Positions 28,094-49,947 of a stretch of DNA of 64,000 nt are shown in pieces (the stretch's first letter is position 1; each line of letters starts with the position of its first letter). The notes below the pieces were generated by a model. The model was not told where the DNA came from. It saw nothing but the letters and a program-made list of their open reading frames with translations, and searched no databases. Source of the DNA: the human T2T-CHM13v2.0 reference genome, Homo sapiens; the NCBI RefSeq assembly GCF_009914755.1, contig NC_060926.1. The stretch is one strand, 5' to 3'. The position numbers were made by a program, and so were the translations under genes.

Positions 28094-31000
28094 TTAGCAT
28101 TCATTTCCCAGGGCCTTGCCCAGTCATCTTGACCTTGCCATTGAGCCCACAATACTTTTGCTATAATCTTCTGCAAGGCTGGATCCAGGCAAGCTTGTAA
28201 AAAGAAAAATAAAGTTAAACTTTGTTTTTGCAATTCCTCCAAGTGGCCCCTCCCTTCCTTAATCTTAAATCCTTCATACGCTTCTTTTGCAATCTCCTAA
28301 TCACTCCTAAGGGCTACCTACATCAGTAACCCTCTACCAACTCCATGCCCGAAAGCATCCCAGGCTTTTCTTCCTCTTCTGTCTTGATTTCATTGCCAGA
28401 AAACTCTGCCCTGGTGCCTAGTGGTACCCTTGTATCTGTCCTTATCTGTGATGAGGTTGCGAGATAGCTTTATGATATCTTTACTCCCTCTGCATGCCAG
28501 CAACTTCATGTGTGAAGCTTGAACTACTACCTGTAGGTGGTAACTTCCAAATCTAAACATTTCTATGTGTTACAACTGTAGGCATCTCAAAATCAATGTC
28601 TGAAAACTGAACTTATTGTTTCCCCTGCAAACATGCTCTTCCTTTTCTGATGTTAATTCATTTCTCAGTAGATCAGGCTTGAAAACTGCTAAAATTTTAC
28701 ACTAGTAAAAGTTTAAATGTCATCCATATCCTCAGATTTCTCTAATTTCCTATCAGAATGAATCCCTCTCCATCCACTGTACCCTGGCAGTACTTTGCTT
28801 ATATCTACAGTAGAGCATCTGGGATCAATCATCTTGTATATATTGGTAGTCATTTCTAAGGATGTATATGCTTCTTTGTAAAACCCTGCAAGTCTCAGTC
28901 TATCTTTTCCCAGCCTTCCTAACTAGATCCTGGCATAGCAGATGGGGGTGGCAGGGGCGGGGTGTCACAAACTATAGAAATTGAAGCCTCAACTGAAGTA
29001 TGTGCTTCAATGTTGGCTAGGTTCTCAAGTATGTCTTTACTTAGCACACTCTCTCATTCTCCTCTGCAACTATTCCAATCGTGACTGTTCCGTTCCTCAG
29101 ACATCCTTCCCTTGCCACCTCCCTGCCTCACTCTCAGCAAATAGTCTTGCTTCCTCCTTCAATTACTTCAATCAGAAAAATTGATAACACCAAGGAAGAG
29201 CTTCTTTCTAAGAAAGTACTCACTAGGCAAGAAATCTTTCTTTACCTGACTTGTATCTTGACTCCATTAGACCTACTGCTCTTTCTTCATCTGTAGAATT
29301 GGAATGATATTAGTGCCTACCCTAAAGTATTACTGTAAGGATTAAATGGGACAACCTATGTGTTGAGTGGAATACTGTGCACTAATTCAAGAGGAGGACT
29401 CCACTTTTTCCCATTGCACCTTGACACAGGAGTTACCAAGGAAAACATAACATAACCCTTTACATAGTGAAGGGTTATGTTACATAGACAGTGAAGAGAC
29501 AGTGCAAGATCAACTGCAACAGTGTGCCTCAGTCCCCCGTGGCTAGACCATCTCTTCCAGCAGAACAATGTGCCTATGTGCACTCCTTCCACCTATCACA
29601 GAGGCAGGACTCCTCCTTCTCCTGTGTGGAGTCTGAAATATTGAAAGCCTGGGATGCGTCTGAGGGCCACTGAGATACACACGTCAGCAGAGGCCAGGAA
29701 TATTCATGGAGCCTGCAACAGGGAAAGATACTCCTACACAAGGTGATAAGCCCAGCACAGGCTGCGTAGGCGGTTCATCTCTTGGTTAGGAAGTGTTCCA
29801 GGCTCAAGCCCATCCTTATGTGGCTGAACGGGGATCCAGAGACTGCACGAGACTGCCTTTCTCAACACTCTGCAAACCACTTAGCACAGTGCCTGGCATA
29901 GAGCAGGTCCTCATAAATATGAATTAATGATATTACTAATAACTTTCTCTCTCCTACCCTTTTTTCTTTGTTCCTGCCCAGTAGAAAAGGTCGCCCTCTT
30001 TCTGTCTGTGGCTAATTCCACCTCACTGTGATTTACCTCCCCTCCTCGCTGTCTTTTCAGTTACTGAGTCTAATTAGGCACCCTTCCCTCAAATTCCTGT
30101 CTTAACCTTTCCTCTCTATTTGGCTCTTTCCCCTTAGAATATAACAAAGAGTTTCAAATCTCCTCATTGCCAAATAACCCTCCTTCAACACCGCATCTCT
30201 CTCTGTCCCTTCCCATGTTATTCCCATCCCTGCATAGCCACATTTCTCAGAAGGCCAGTCTATACTTATTACTCTTACTTCCTCACAGCCTCAGTCCACT
30301 GCAAGCCCCCTCCCTCCCAATGTTGCCCTGATAACACTCCCACCAACGTCTCTAATAACCCCTTGATTGCTAAATCCAGTGGACATGCCAGTTTTTCATT
30401 TGGGGCTCTGATGTTTCTGGCCAAACCCTCCTTGAAATTCTATCCTCTCCCTCTGATCCTGGTTTTCTGTTTTGTTTTGGATTTATTTCTACATCCCTGG
30501 CCAGTTCATCTTAGCCTCCCTCATGGGCCACTCTTTTTCCATTCCACACTTAAATGTTGATACTCTTCTCATCCTTGGCTGTGGCTGGCCCCTCTGTTCT
30601 TTTCCCTCAATTCCTCAGTGACTTCACCCATCCAGAAGGTTTCAACTACTACTTTTCTCCTGATGGTTAGGAATTTTATATTTCATACCCTGGGTTTCCC
30701 ACAGGTTTCTACTGCAGGACTCCTCTTAGGCATTAGCATGCTAATGGGCTTTGTGGCTCTTTGGGAGAGGGAGTGACAGTGATCAGAGTTTCTCACATTT
30801 ATTTGACCATAAAACTTTTTTTTTCCTTGGGGAATCTTACAGGACTAGCACTCTGGGAAACACACCTTGGACAATGATGTTCTGTCCTATTTCCAGTCTG
30901 ATTTCAAGTGTCTCCCCTGGGTGCCCTGAAGCACCCGTGCATACTTCTCTCTAGTCCTCACCATGATGTACATGTCTGATTCCCCCACAATATCCTTCAA

Positions 31001-32065
31001 GGCAGGACATACATCTTCGTATCTATTGCCTGGCACAGTGTCTTGCATACGGAGGTTGCCTTAAAAATGTCTGATGAGTGAATGGATAAAGGAATGAATG
31101 GTAACCTACCTTTTCCTGGCACAGATCAGAATATTCTACTACAGTTAAAGTAGTCCAAATTGGGTAGGACTTGAATCTGAGGATTGATGTTGAACACCTT
31201 GTGTTACGTGTTACAGTAACTGCAAAGAAATATGAGACAAACTCTTTTTCCTCAAGGCAGACAAAATGAACTTAAATGAAACTATCTGAGAATGTTTAAA
31301 TGTTAAGCTGTATGGATATAATTGTAAATACTATGGGTACTCTTAGTTCGTAGAGGTCACTGAGATCTATGGTAGTTAGATTGGCTAGAGAATATTATAA
31401 ATGGTGCTTTAGTAAGGTTATTTTGACAGGAATGCATGCAAGAGTAATTCAAAATGGGGAGCCTAGAGAAGGCTAGATTGTCCAGGAATGAGGAGATGTG
31501 GTCTGGCATAGGCTATGGCTGCGGAATTAGCAAGGAAAAGGAGATTCTGCTTCTGGTAAAACTTGGTAATAGTTGGAATAGATGTGAAAGGATAGGAGAC
31601 AAGTCAAGAAGGCTTTCAGGTCTCTTTCTGAGAACTTCACTCTGTCTACAATGCTGTTGCGAATTCAAGCTAAATGTCAAAGACAAAGCTACTAATCTTC
31701 TCATCCCAACTATATACTTGCTTCTTCTACTTTACTATTTGTTTAATGTTTAATTATAATTTTGAATTCTTATTCTTTTATCCAGGGAATTAGCAAGCCC
31801 ATAAAACTTGGTCATTCATTTCAATTACAGCTTCCATGTATAGATACACTGAATTTATATGTGTAAATGTGAGTGTTTGTGTGTGTAATAAACTTCCTGG
31901 GTCTGTTAAAAAGGCTCAATTTTGTCCAATTGGCTGAATTTATCTTATGGCTAGTACAAGAAGTTTTTATTACATAGATTTAGCTTAGTATCATCTTCAA
32001 ATGTTATAAGAATGTGCTCCCATTACCTTCAGTTGGGACCTTAAAAAGAGGCAATGAATAACTTA

Positions 32066-32370
<305 letters not shown>

Positions 32371-33014
32371 TATTTAACTTAAGCCTCAGGCTAATCACTC
32401 ACTTTAGGTCACCATTCACAGAATGATTTATCAATGATCATTGTCCTTTGAGTGCTAGCCTTGGTGATTCATATCTTGAGCACTTGCTCTATAGGACCTT
32501 ATCATTTAAGCTAATATATCCCAAAAGTATAGAAACAGGTACTGGGGAAAAATCATCCTGTGGGTGAACACATTGTATTACACAAGCTTATGCAGAATTT
32601 TTAGAGCCTTTAATAAGCTAACGGGCAATGTGACTTTTCAAGGGAGCAAGGTTAGAGTGGGAAGTGCTTCCCAAATTCATTTAACAGCAGAACCGTGGAA
32701 ACATGCCCTGTCCCTAGAAGTGCAAGCATCCTACAGAAATTACAATGGAAAACCTCGATCTAGCTAAATTTCTAAAGTGGCAGATTCTTGTGATCCACAT
32801 TCTTCTTTTCTCCCCAAGGGAAAAGTGCAGAAAGTTCAGCATATTCCACAGGTCTCTGGGAAATGCCCATTTGCTGTCTGAGGTTGGACCAACTTTCAAT
32901 AGAGTACCAGAGCTAGATGTACAATTACCAAACAAGAGTCTTTAGTTCTAGGGTAGAATGAAGGAATACTGGCTTGTAAAGAGTTCTTCCTAATATATTA
33001 CACTTGGTTTCTTG

Positions 33015-33015
<1 letters not shown>

Positions 33016-33058
<43 letters not shown>
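33016..33058. repeat. (TG)n microsatellite
   Basis: Direct observation. Confidence 0.95.
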
Positions 33059-33060
<2 letters not shown>

Positions 33061-34137
33061 TACTTTACAACTATCTTCAACTTTAAAAAAATTTTTAATA
33101 TTTAATTTCCCATTTATCACTTTAGATACCCTTACACTTTAGCATAAGGCTAAAGCCAAAAGCTTTGCTTAAACCAATAAACAATTATTGTCATAGGCTG
33201 AGAAGAGGAACGTGAAATAGAGTGTAAAGATTGATTCGTTTTTCTTTAACCATGTTAAATACTTGTAATCATTTGAACTGTAGCTGAAGCAGACTTACCT
33301 GTTTTTCCTCCTTATGTGAGTAGCCTGTTATCATGTCATGAAATGAATTTCTTTGGTGTCATTTCTCTTGAAGAAGCCATTCTAATTGCTACCTGAGCCA
33401 GGAGTTGGTACTTTCTTAGAGGATTAAGAGTATATTATTTTGTTGATTTGTTTTAGTATTTTTATGTATATCAAAATCAAATTAAATTGGGGTTGTCCTT
33501 TCCATTCTTGCTAGCACCAGGCATTAGACTGTCCCTTTTGCTATTTGTAGGAAGTTGTGTTTATCTTCCAAGGTATAAAACAGAATGATGAATGGCATGT
33601 ACTTAGGAATACTGATATTTTTATAGAACTCTTAACTTTGAAAAGCACTTTTATGTGCAAGTTAAATAGATGAGAAAGGTGAGAACAAAAGTTTTGCCTC
33701 TGGTTAAGTGGCACAAGCAGAACTACAATCTAGGTATTGTGACTCACAGCTTTGAGTTCTTTCTATAAGAGCAGGAGGTTTTTCTCCCTCTCTGGGACCG
33801 TGAGGTGTACACCATTAGGCCCTAATGCTAAATATATTGAGTAATCAAAAATACATAGCAGCCATTTCCATCCCTGACCCAATGTGTCTAGCTTTCTACT
33901 CTACCTCAGCAAGACCAACTGTTGTACCTAAATTATTTTATAAAATTCAGAGATAAAACCACCACCACCCAGAACCCATTAAAAAAGAAAAACAATAACT
34001 TTTACATGGTCAACTGTAATTATTTTTCCTTTCATGTTTGGGAGTGTGTATGAGATTTTCCTCTCTCCCCTTTAAGTGTGTATAATTGCAGAATGTTTTT
34101 TTGTTAACCTTCATATCCATTTTAGATTGCATCTCTT

Positions 34138-40359
<6,222 letters not shown>

Positions 40360-40489
40360 TGCATGTCTTTTCTCATTTATGTTTCTCTCATCTTGCCTCT
40401 ATACAATGAAGACCGTCCTTCATGTTAGCCTGATTACCAAATTTTTTTTGAAGATCTGTCTTATTTTTTTAAAGGCTCTTTGTACAGTT

Positions 40490-40799
40490 TTGTTGTTGTT
40501 GTTGTTGTTTTTTCTTTTGAGACAGAGTCTTGCTCTGTTGCCCAGGCTGGAGTGCAGTGGTGCTATCTCTGCTCACTGCAGGCTCTGCCTCCAGGTTTAA
40601 GTGATTCTTTTGCCTCAGCCTCCCAGGTAGCTGGGATTACAGGTGCATACTATTATGCCTGGCTAATTTTTGTACTTTTAGTAGAGACAGGGTTTCACTA
40701 TGTTGGCCAGGCTGGACTCAAACTCCTGACCCCAAGTGATCCACATGCCTTAGCCTCCTAAAGTGCTGGGATTATAGGTGTGAGCCACCACACCCGGCC
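40490..40799 (-). mobile_element. Alu (AluS)
   Basis: (TTG)n tail; TSD ctttgtacagtttt. Confidence 0.92.
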
Positions 40800-40930
40800 T
40801 CTTTGTACAGTTTTTAAAAACCATTTTGTTCTTGCAATGATTTTATTACCTGACCATTTGATGTCACAAGAACATCAAACTATTTTCTTGTGGACACTCT
40901 GCTCCTGTCCTACTTTCATTAACACTCTAG

Positions 40931-41275
40931 AGCAGTAGTTCTCAAACTTTAATGTTCATCAAAATCATCTGGAGGGTTTGTTCCAACACATATTGCTGGG
41001 CCCCATTCCCAGATTTCTGACTTAGTAGATGCAGGGAAGGGTCTCAGAATTTACATTTCTTACAAATTCCCAGCAATGCTGATGTTGCTGGTCTGGGGAC
41101 TAGACTTTGAACCAATGCTCGTTAGGATTATCTGGACAACTTTTAAAACATACATATAGATGCTGTGATCCTACCTCCCAGAGATTTGAATCAAATAGGT
41201 GTTAGGTGTGGCACTGCTCTTTAAAAATAATTCCCTAGTGATTCAAATAAACAAACAGTATTGGGAACCACTGAC
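40931..41275. mobile_element. MER5A plus MER5B-like hAT-Charlie MITEs
   Basis: cagtagttctcaaactt...ctttgaaccaatg; second element ending ttgggaaccactg. Confidence 0.7.
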
Positions 41276-44200
41276 CTAGAGGTTGATGAAAATTAGATTT
41301 TAAAAAGCCAGCATGCCTGCCTCCCTACCTCTTGCAACGCTTTCCTTCCACGAACATTTGCTAAGTATTAGTAATGGTAAAGGTATCCTGCAGAGATTAT
41401 GCACATAAAAGAGTTGCCTATGATACGGTTGTTGTCCTCTAGTAGTTACTATAGTATATGGTAGATATAGATGTATACATAAACATCTACAATATAAGAA
41501 AATATAAAATCCATACAGGCCATTTGGATTTGAATCAAACATATGAACCAAACAAAGTATGACAGAAGAGTGCAGGGGTAGGGGGGTAACTTCTAGATAA
41601 ACGAGGAGGCATTATGAATGGCGGTTGTCGGGGAGGTGTTTTCTACATAATAAAATGGTTGGCAAGAAACCCTTTTTGTTAGGGGAATAGTGCATGAAAA
41701 ATCTTGGAAGGTAATTTGGGGGCAAATTTTGAACAGCCTTATATGCCAGAAGACAATAACGGTAGTATTGAATGTTTTCAGCAGAGCTGTCAGCGTGGCA
41801 AGAATTTACAGGATGAAGTGGAAAGTGAAAAACAAATAGAAGCCTTGTCTAGGTATTAGAGACAGTGCCCTGATTATGGGGGGTAGTTTTCAAATTAGAG
41901 TTTTTTAATTAAAAAATATGAAAAAGAGTTTTACTTAGTTGATAACAGTTTTGAAGTAATAAGATGACAAAGTATTTGCAAATATTCATTTTAAATTTCT
42001 CTGTAAGTTATTGGGGGAGGTGTACCCTTAGGCAGAATTTGGATAGAGGAACACATGACTGATCCTGGATATAGGTTTGCTCTGTCTGACCTCTCATAAC
42101 CCCCTTTTAGGTGCCTAGTGTTCTGATGGTATCTCCATTCTGACCTATCAAAACTCGCTCTTAGGAAAAAATGTGACATCAATCATTTATTCTCTGGACT
42201 AGAGTATTTGAGGTTTCTCTTACATGTTTGTATAAAACAAGATTTCCTACTCTCCCATCACTGCCCCCTACCTCACACACACATACACAAATCATACAGA
42301 ACAAACTTCTTTCTATGGTTAAGGCCAAGCCAGTCTGTCGGAGTTCCTCAAAAATAAATATATGAGAAAGGAATTAGACCTACTGCTATGATCAACAATG
42401 TCTTTCCCTGGGGGGAAAAGTGTCTGCTAAAGTGAAACTAAAAAGAAGACCCACATAATTCACCAGGTAAATATAATAATTCAAAGTGTGAGCCCAAGGG
42501 GCTCAATATCTTGATCCTAAACTATTTAATTCTCTGTTAAAGGATAACAAAGATTTTAATTTTTTGGGTGATGTTGTTTAGGGGCTTTATCCTAGAAAAG
42601 TACCAAAAAAAAAAAACTCCTTTGAAGATATATCAATGAATTATCTTAACAAGAAAACACCTGACAACACTATAATTCCATATGTTCTGGTAACATCAAG
42701 AGAGAGCTCAAAAAGGAATCTGCACCTCAGAATTGTAGGATATTGAGAGTACTATTGAGTTGGGAGGAGATAAAGATTGATAGTGACGACTATTAGACTC
42801 AGAATGAATGGTCATATGCATCAAACTTTTTCCATTAAAGAGAGTTAATTTATTATCTTACTGACTATAAAAATGAGTGATTATATTTCTCTTTTACCAA
42901 TAAGTAAAATTATTAGAAAGATGATTTCTTTCACAACTGTTATGAAAGTGAAAAGATGTCACTTATCTTTTCCTTTCCCTTCTTCTACCTAAATAATCAT
43001 CCTTTAGTTTGCATAGTTAACCATTTTTAGGGCTACTTTTGAGTATGCTATTACTCTCTTTTTATTTAATGTGTTTTATTCATAATTGGAGACTCTCCAT
43101 CACTCATTCCCCCTCAAGAACAACTATAATGAGACATCACTGGACATGAAAATTACAGTAAGGTAACCCAGAAACAGCAGTTACTATTATTGTAACCTGA
43201 GGGAGAGCAGCATCCAAGAAGTCTTACAAAAGGTTTGTGTCAAACAATAAAAGCAATCTCCGAGGGACCAGATCACTGATTGATGAAGTGCTTTGCCAAT
43301 TTAGGCAGTAAGAAGCTGTTTAATTATACCAAAGCAGTATTGCAGACTACCTCAAGCTGTTCTCTATTTTTGATGAGATGATATCTACTTGCCAATAGAG
43401 TGCATGATTTACTATTATAATCTGATCAACATCATAGTTGAACAAATATGATTCTCCTGGTGGACTGAAATTTATCTACTACTTCAGTGGTTTACCCATA
43501 TCAATTACAATGAAGTTATTGGATTGAGGTTGTGAGCAAAGTCACATTTTGTTCTGCACTGATGACCTGCATTCTGAAAGTATGGTAGGAAATCCAAAAT
43601 ATTTTCAAAACCACTTGTGCTAGAAATCACTACCTAAGTGTAGTTTTAGAGATGAATACAGAGAAAGAGATTGAAACATAACTTTTAATATATTCTGTAT
43701 AAACTGAGGCCTAGGGATAGCTAGGGTCTTCAGTGTTTAAAGTTTCTGTTTTTTCCCAAGGCCTCCAGTTGAGGGTATGGGAGATCATTTTCTTCTTGAG
43801 TTGAGATTTTAAGATTGCTGAAGGCAGAAACCATATGTTGTATTTCTTTTCTCTTCTACCATGATTCCTTGGTTGAGGTGGTCAAGGTTAAGAATAAACA
43901 AGGCAGGCTAGAGTATTTGTGCCATGTCAGATTGAAGCCTACCAGGAGTGGGACTAGAAGCTAGGAGCTGAGCTTTGCACACATAACCCCATCTGGGAAT
44001 GGTGGGGATAATACAAAATTTAGCAGCCATTGCTATTGTTCTTCTCTACATCTATGAATACAGATAAACTCAGCAAGCCCCTGGTTTGAGTGCTTGATGG
44101 CAGTACTCCGCTCTTACATTCAGATATTTATAGTATTAAAGCATTTTGAAAGTTTTACATAATTGGAAGTCATTGTTTAGCTCCCTATCTTTTGACTTTA

Positions 44201-44325
44201 GTAACAAAGCCATCTCAGATAGATTGGGGTCCAACTATAATTCTTTTAAAGACAATCCTTGCAAATCTATTTTCATATATCTTATCTCTAGTATTTAGAA
44301 GTTATTTCTTTTCTTTTATTCCACC

Positions 44326-44891
44326 TGTAGTAGCCAGTCTTCAAAAGGTCCCCAATGATTTCTGCCTCTTGAAATTCACATCCTTCTATTGTCCCCTCCC
44401 ACAACCGACTAAGGTTGATGTGTAATGACCAACAGGATAAGACAGAAATGATGGTATGTCACTTCTAAGACTAGATTCCAAATGACCGAAGCTTCTATTA
44501 TGGACCCTCTCTCATTTACTTGCTGTCTTAATTATCTTTTTTCTCTCACTTCTCTCTGTCTGATGGCTTACTCTGTGGGAAACCAGCTGCCATTTCATAA
44601 GGACACTCGAACAGCCTATGAAAGACCCTTGGGGTAAGTAACCGAGGCTGGTTAACAGCCTTGTGAGTGAACTTGGAAGTGGATTATCCAGCCCCAGTTA
44701 ATCCTTGAGATAACTGTAGCCCTGGATAACAGCTTGATTGCAACTTTTTGAGAGACTGTGAGCCAGAACCACCCACCAAAGTTGTTCCTGGGTTCTTGAT
44801 TCTTAGAAATGATGTAAGATAATAAATGTTTGTTGTTTTAAGCTGCTAAGTTTTGGGGTAATTTATTACCCAGCAATAGTTAACCAATATA
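44326..44891 (+). mobile_element. MLT1F-like MaLR solo LTR
   Basis: TGTAGTAGCCAG...CCCAATGATT start; AATAAATGTTTGTTGTTTTAAGC...CAGCAATAG end. Confidence 0.78.
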
Positions 44892-45502
44892 ACATAACTG
44901 CATTGAAATGTAACATACTGGCTTTATGGTTAGGTTGAAGAAATGACATCTCTTGCTCTTTTCTGCAGGTGGCCGTTAATTGCTCACCAGTGCTTTGTCA
45001 AAGTACTTTGCCACTTTGCTTTTTGCAAAACTACTGAACACAGTAATTGACCTGATCATATCTTGATTCTCTGAAAGAGTTCATTCAATTCATAGAGGAT
45101 GAACACATTACTCTAAGATATCTATTTACTTACATTGGTTTACCATTGGCTTGTCCCTGCAATTATCAAAACTGCTAGGTGATTAAATAGTATAATGTGT
45201 TTTATAGCTGTTTTCCTCATCTCTCACTTTCACAAATGTGGGGTAGTATTAGTATCAGTGAATACTGGAGAAATCATGACATTAAAGTTACTGACTAGCT
45301 GAGGCCACTAGGATGACTGATCAATTTACATTTATGGAGTGGCATGGTTAGCATATTTGATATCTGAGTGATGGGACAGGTCATGCATGCTAAAATTTTT
45401 GCTCTTTCTTTATACTCTACTATCCTCTCTAAATTTTTTTTACAATATTCACTGATGGTTTTTGAAATAGTAATAAAAGGACAGGCTAAGTTAAAAAATT
45501 AT

Positions 45503-45804
<302 letters not shown>

Positions 45805-48780
45805 TAAGTGAAACATTTAAATACACTTTTACATTTTTTATTATGGAAAACTTGAAAACACACCCAAGTAGAGCATACCCGAACCCTCATGTATCCATAT
45901 CCCGGCTTTCACATGGCCATTCTTGTCTTGTTTATCCTCTAATCCACTTGCTGTGTTCCTTGCTAACTACCTGCATTGGATTATTTGGATGCAAATCCAA
46001 GACATCCTCGTTTTCCATAAGACAAGGTAACCAATATTCTTAGTACAAAGCGGGGAAGCAGGAGCTCACCTGTTGTTCTCACTGATGGGTTCTAAGGAAA
46101 GTGTGAGTTCCCATAAATATGTTTGTATTTCAGGCACGTTACATGACTGATCATCAACCTATATTATTTCTTCCAAGGTAAAACTCAATTTTCACAGAGT
46201 TTTATGGTGATATTATAAATTCACATTCTGAATTTTGGGTTTGAAGGTAAATATAACTTTTTTTCCTGAAATTTTAAGATCCACCAGGGAGCTGGAAGTT
46301 CCACAGATTGGTTTTAATAAACAAACTCCCTCAATGATGAGTGGTCTTTTGAAGAGCATGGTTAGAACTTGGGATTGTGCTTCTCATGACTACAAATGTA
46401 CTTGTAGCTTAGGTGCAAAAGGGTAGGTCAGTGGGTAGCTAACTACTGAGGATTGATTTTCCTGACGCTGGTGTTTAAGTGTCACCCAGAACTGGCATAT
46501 AAAGTGGCTCATTCACCCAAGTATCTTCCTTTCCTTTTTACAAAATCCTTGGCTGTTGTGGGGCCTACATCTCTTCATGATTATTATTGCATCTGGTGTC
46601 ATGTTTTTCCAGCTGGTGTACTGCTTCCCTGTAGGCTTCTTGATGTTCACTCCTCCAGCAGCCTCCTGCCCCCTCGAGGGAGCTCATCCTATGACCCTGC
46701 TCTACACAGGCAACCTTTCTAACCTGAGCTGTGATTACATGGATAGGTTTAGAAGCTGTTTATGGATCATACATATGGCTCATCATAAAAAAAGAGTGTT
46801 AGGATTGATTAAAATTTCAGTTATGTGAATTTCGACTTTTCTTCTCCCCAAACATCACATACAAACAAAGCAGTATATTACTTTTGATCCAGTAGCTTTG
46901 GCTTAAAAAAAAAAAAAAAGAAACGAAGGTGCTGATAGTCCGTGATACTTGAATGCCTTCAAAACAGAAATAAAAAATTAATATCTAACACTTTCAAACA
47001 TACCATTATTTTGCATAAACACTTAAAACAAGCTGGATCAAGGACGTATTTTGAGGACTATATGCAGAGGATCTGACAATGTCCTGAAAGAGTGTATTTT
47101 ATAAAAAGAATCCCCTTTAGCAGAATTTGTTGGCCTCCTAGTGACCATCCTCATGTTCCTGCCTTGCAGTCTGGCTATGAGTGGTTCTATGCATGGCTCT
47201 ATTTTGAGGTGTGTCCCCTGCTTTGGCTTCTCCTAGGAGGACCTTCTGGAATTAGCCTCAGCTGTCTTCCCATGACTTTGTCTCTTGGCTCATAGACTGA
47301 CCCTCATTTTTCTCTTCTCATTTCTCTCTAGTCCTGCATCATACTGACCCAGGTTGAAAAAACAGGAAAAAAGATGAGCCTAAAAGAAAGGAAAAACAAG
47401 AAAGTGAGGATGTTAAAAAAATGAAAGAAATTAAGAGCGTGAAGAAGCTACCATATTTCTTTGCTTAAAAATCTAGTCATCAAATATATCAACATTAAAA
47501 AAATAGATTTCAAAAACAGATATTGCTTCTTTCAGTAGCAGATTTAGGGACGCAGTGGGAACACTGCATGGGTGATTAACAGGTCATTTTAAACATTTGA
47601 TTCAAAGTAGCTTTCATGCTTTTTCAGGCTTCAGGATTATTATTGCTTGTGGTAGGAGGTGGTGCCATGGTTCAGTTAGACTAGAGAGAAAACTTATTTG
47701 ACTGTGAAAAAATAAGGATGGGATGACCATTAGAGGTATGTGTACTCCTAATATACTCACAGTAGCTTTCTTACAGCTAAGCTAAGCAGTGGGGAGCAAA
47801 GTCAGCTTCCCCTTTCAGAAAAGAAAATAATGGGAAATGGTGACTAGAGAGAGAGCTAAGGGCCACTTGGGAGGATTAAGCAGGCAGGATACTCTCTCTG
47901 TAAATTCTCCTGAATAGAGAATAGGGAGTCCTAAGAGAGTCTATAGTCCTGAAATAGTCAAAGGCAGAATTAGTAAGAGATGATTATAAGCCTCTGAAGA
48001 CCACTGACTTTTGCCACATCCTCAGACCCAGCTTTCTCTGGGGCTCTGGGGGAGTCTTAGCGCATGCAGAGACTTGGTTCATCTCTTTGCCCCAGAAGAA
48101 TACTTTCAGTCAATGGAAAAAAGCAATTCCTATCATATCTGAATTAAGATAGAAAAGACTTGCCTTTGAGAATATCACTTCCTTTTGGGTGCTTGGTAGT
48201 TATTGTCTACAAAGGATAAAGGTGGTCAGATGAAAAGAACTAAGAAACTTGGAGGTATGAAAAGGCCAAGTGCTAGGATTTATGAATAAACAATTTCCAA
48301 GCTATGCTCTCCATAGCATTAAAAAAATCATCTTGGGAAAAACTTACCCAGAACATCTTTTAACTATTTACCACTGATCTAAATGCAATGATAAAAATAA
48401 CTTTGTGACCCTAAAATGGAAGTGAATCAGATCTTACAAAGTAACTTAAATCATGCTATATCACAAAAGTCACACTAAATTCAGCTATCCCGTTTATAGG
48501 AATCATCATGTTTGTGTTCATATCTGGATTGGATTTGGAAATTTGATTTTGAAGTGTAGGAATGACTTTCAATATGTGATTGCTTATGACTTTCAAAATG
48601 TGATTATATGAAATTGAAATATACATATATTTCATACATATCAATATGTGAAATTATTCCTTAAATAGTTTTTGCAACTTTGTTTTATTAATAGTGGCAT
48701 TATATATTACTTCTGGCAATTGGTTGTCTAGAGCTTCCTCAATGCATGTTTTAGCAGATGTTTTTAGAAATATTTCAGAG

Positions 48781-49606
48781 CTGCAGTTCTCAAGATGTCA
48801 TCTGGAAACCCCCGTGGGTCCTTGAGACCCTTTCAGTGGGTCAGCAAGGTCAAAACTATTTTCATAATAAGACTAAAATGTTATTTGTCTTTTTCACTCC
48901 CATTCTCTCATGAGCATAGAGTGGAGTTTTCCAGAGGTTACACAGCGTGTGATATCTCAAAAGATGAAATTCAAAAGCAGATATGAGAACCCGGCTGTCT
49001 TCTACTAAGTCAGAAGCCAGGCATCAAAGATATTTCTGAAAATGTAAAGGAATATCATTCTTCTCATGTTTTTTTTCTGGAAAATATGTTTTTTTTTTAA
49101 AAAATAAAGCATGTTATTATAATATGCATTGGTTTATCATTCTTTCTAAGTAAATTGATAAATCAAGACTTTAAATATTTTTCAATTTTAATTTCTAATA
49201 TGTTATAGTTGGATAGATGTAAATATAAACAGAAGCTCTTTGTGGGGCATGGTGATCTCAATTTTTTTTTTTTTTGCAACAGGGTCTTGCTCTGTTGCCC
49301 AGGCTGGAGTGCAGTGGTGTGATCATGGCTTACTGCAGCCTCGACCTCGTACCTCACTACCTCAGCCTCTCAAGTAGCTGGGACCATAGGCAGGCTCTAC
49401 CATGACTGGCTAATTTCTTAATTTTTTGTAGAGGTGCAGGTCTCCCTATGTTGCCCAGGCTGACCTCAAACTCCAAGGTTCAAGTGATCCTCCCACCTCA
49501 GCCTCCCAAAGTGTTGGGGTATAGGTGTGAGCCACCACACCTGGCTGGGTCTCAATTTTTAATATTATAAAGGGATCCTAGAGACTAAAAAGTTTAAGAA
49601 TTGCTG
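48781..49606. mobile_element. hAT-Charlie family DNA transposon remnant, with internal Alu
   Basis: cagttctcaa...gagaccctttcag...aggtcaaaactattttcataata; 3' end aaaagtttaagaattgctg. Confidence 0.6.
49262..49546 (-). mobile_element. Alu (AluJ-like)
   Basis: Reverse Alu consensus; TSD tctcaattttt. Confidence 0.88.
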
Positions 49607-49619
49607 CTTTAGAGGTGTT

Positions 49620-49947
49620 TTGTTGTTGTCATTGTTGTTTTGTTTTGTTTTTGAGACAAGGTCTCGCTCTGTCGCCCAGGCTGGAGTGCAGTGGTGTGAT
49701 AATGGCTTATTGCAGCCTGAACCTCCCAGGACTAAGCAATCTTCCCGCTTCAAACCCCCCACCCACCCCTAGTAGCTGGGACTACAGGCATGTGCCATTA
49801 TCCCTGGATAACTTTCTGTATTTTCTGTAGAGGTGTGGTTTCGTCATTTTGCTCAGGCTGGTCTTGAACTCCTTGGGATCGAGCCATCGGTGCAGCTCAG
49901 CCTCCCAAAGTGCTGGGATTACAGGTGTGAGCCACTGCGCCCCGCCT
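49620..49947 (-). mobile_element. Alu (AluJ-like)
   Basis: Reverse Alu consensus. Confidence 0.88.

Noticed and set aside
30731-30746. Perfect 16-bp palindrome CATTAGCATGCTAATG
   Set aside because: Falls within what looks like an old hAT MITE remnant; no independent evidence of function.
47750-48400. Further minus-strand donors and micro-exon candidates
   Set aside because: Implied introns as short as about 30 nt and frames too short to assess; not counted as evidence for the decayed gene.
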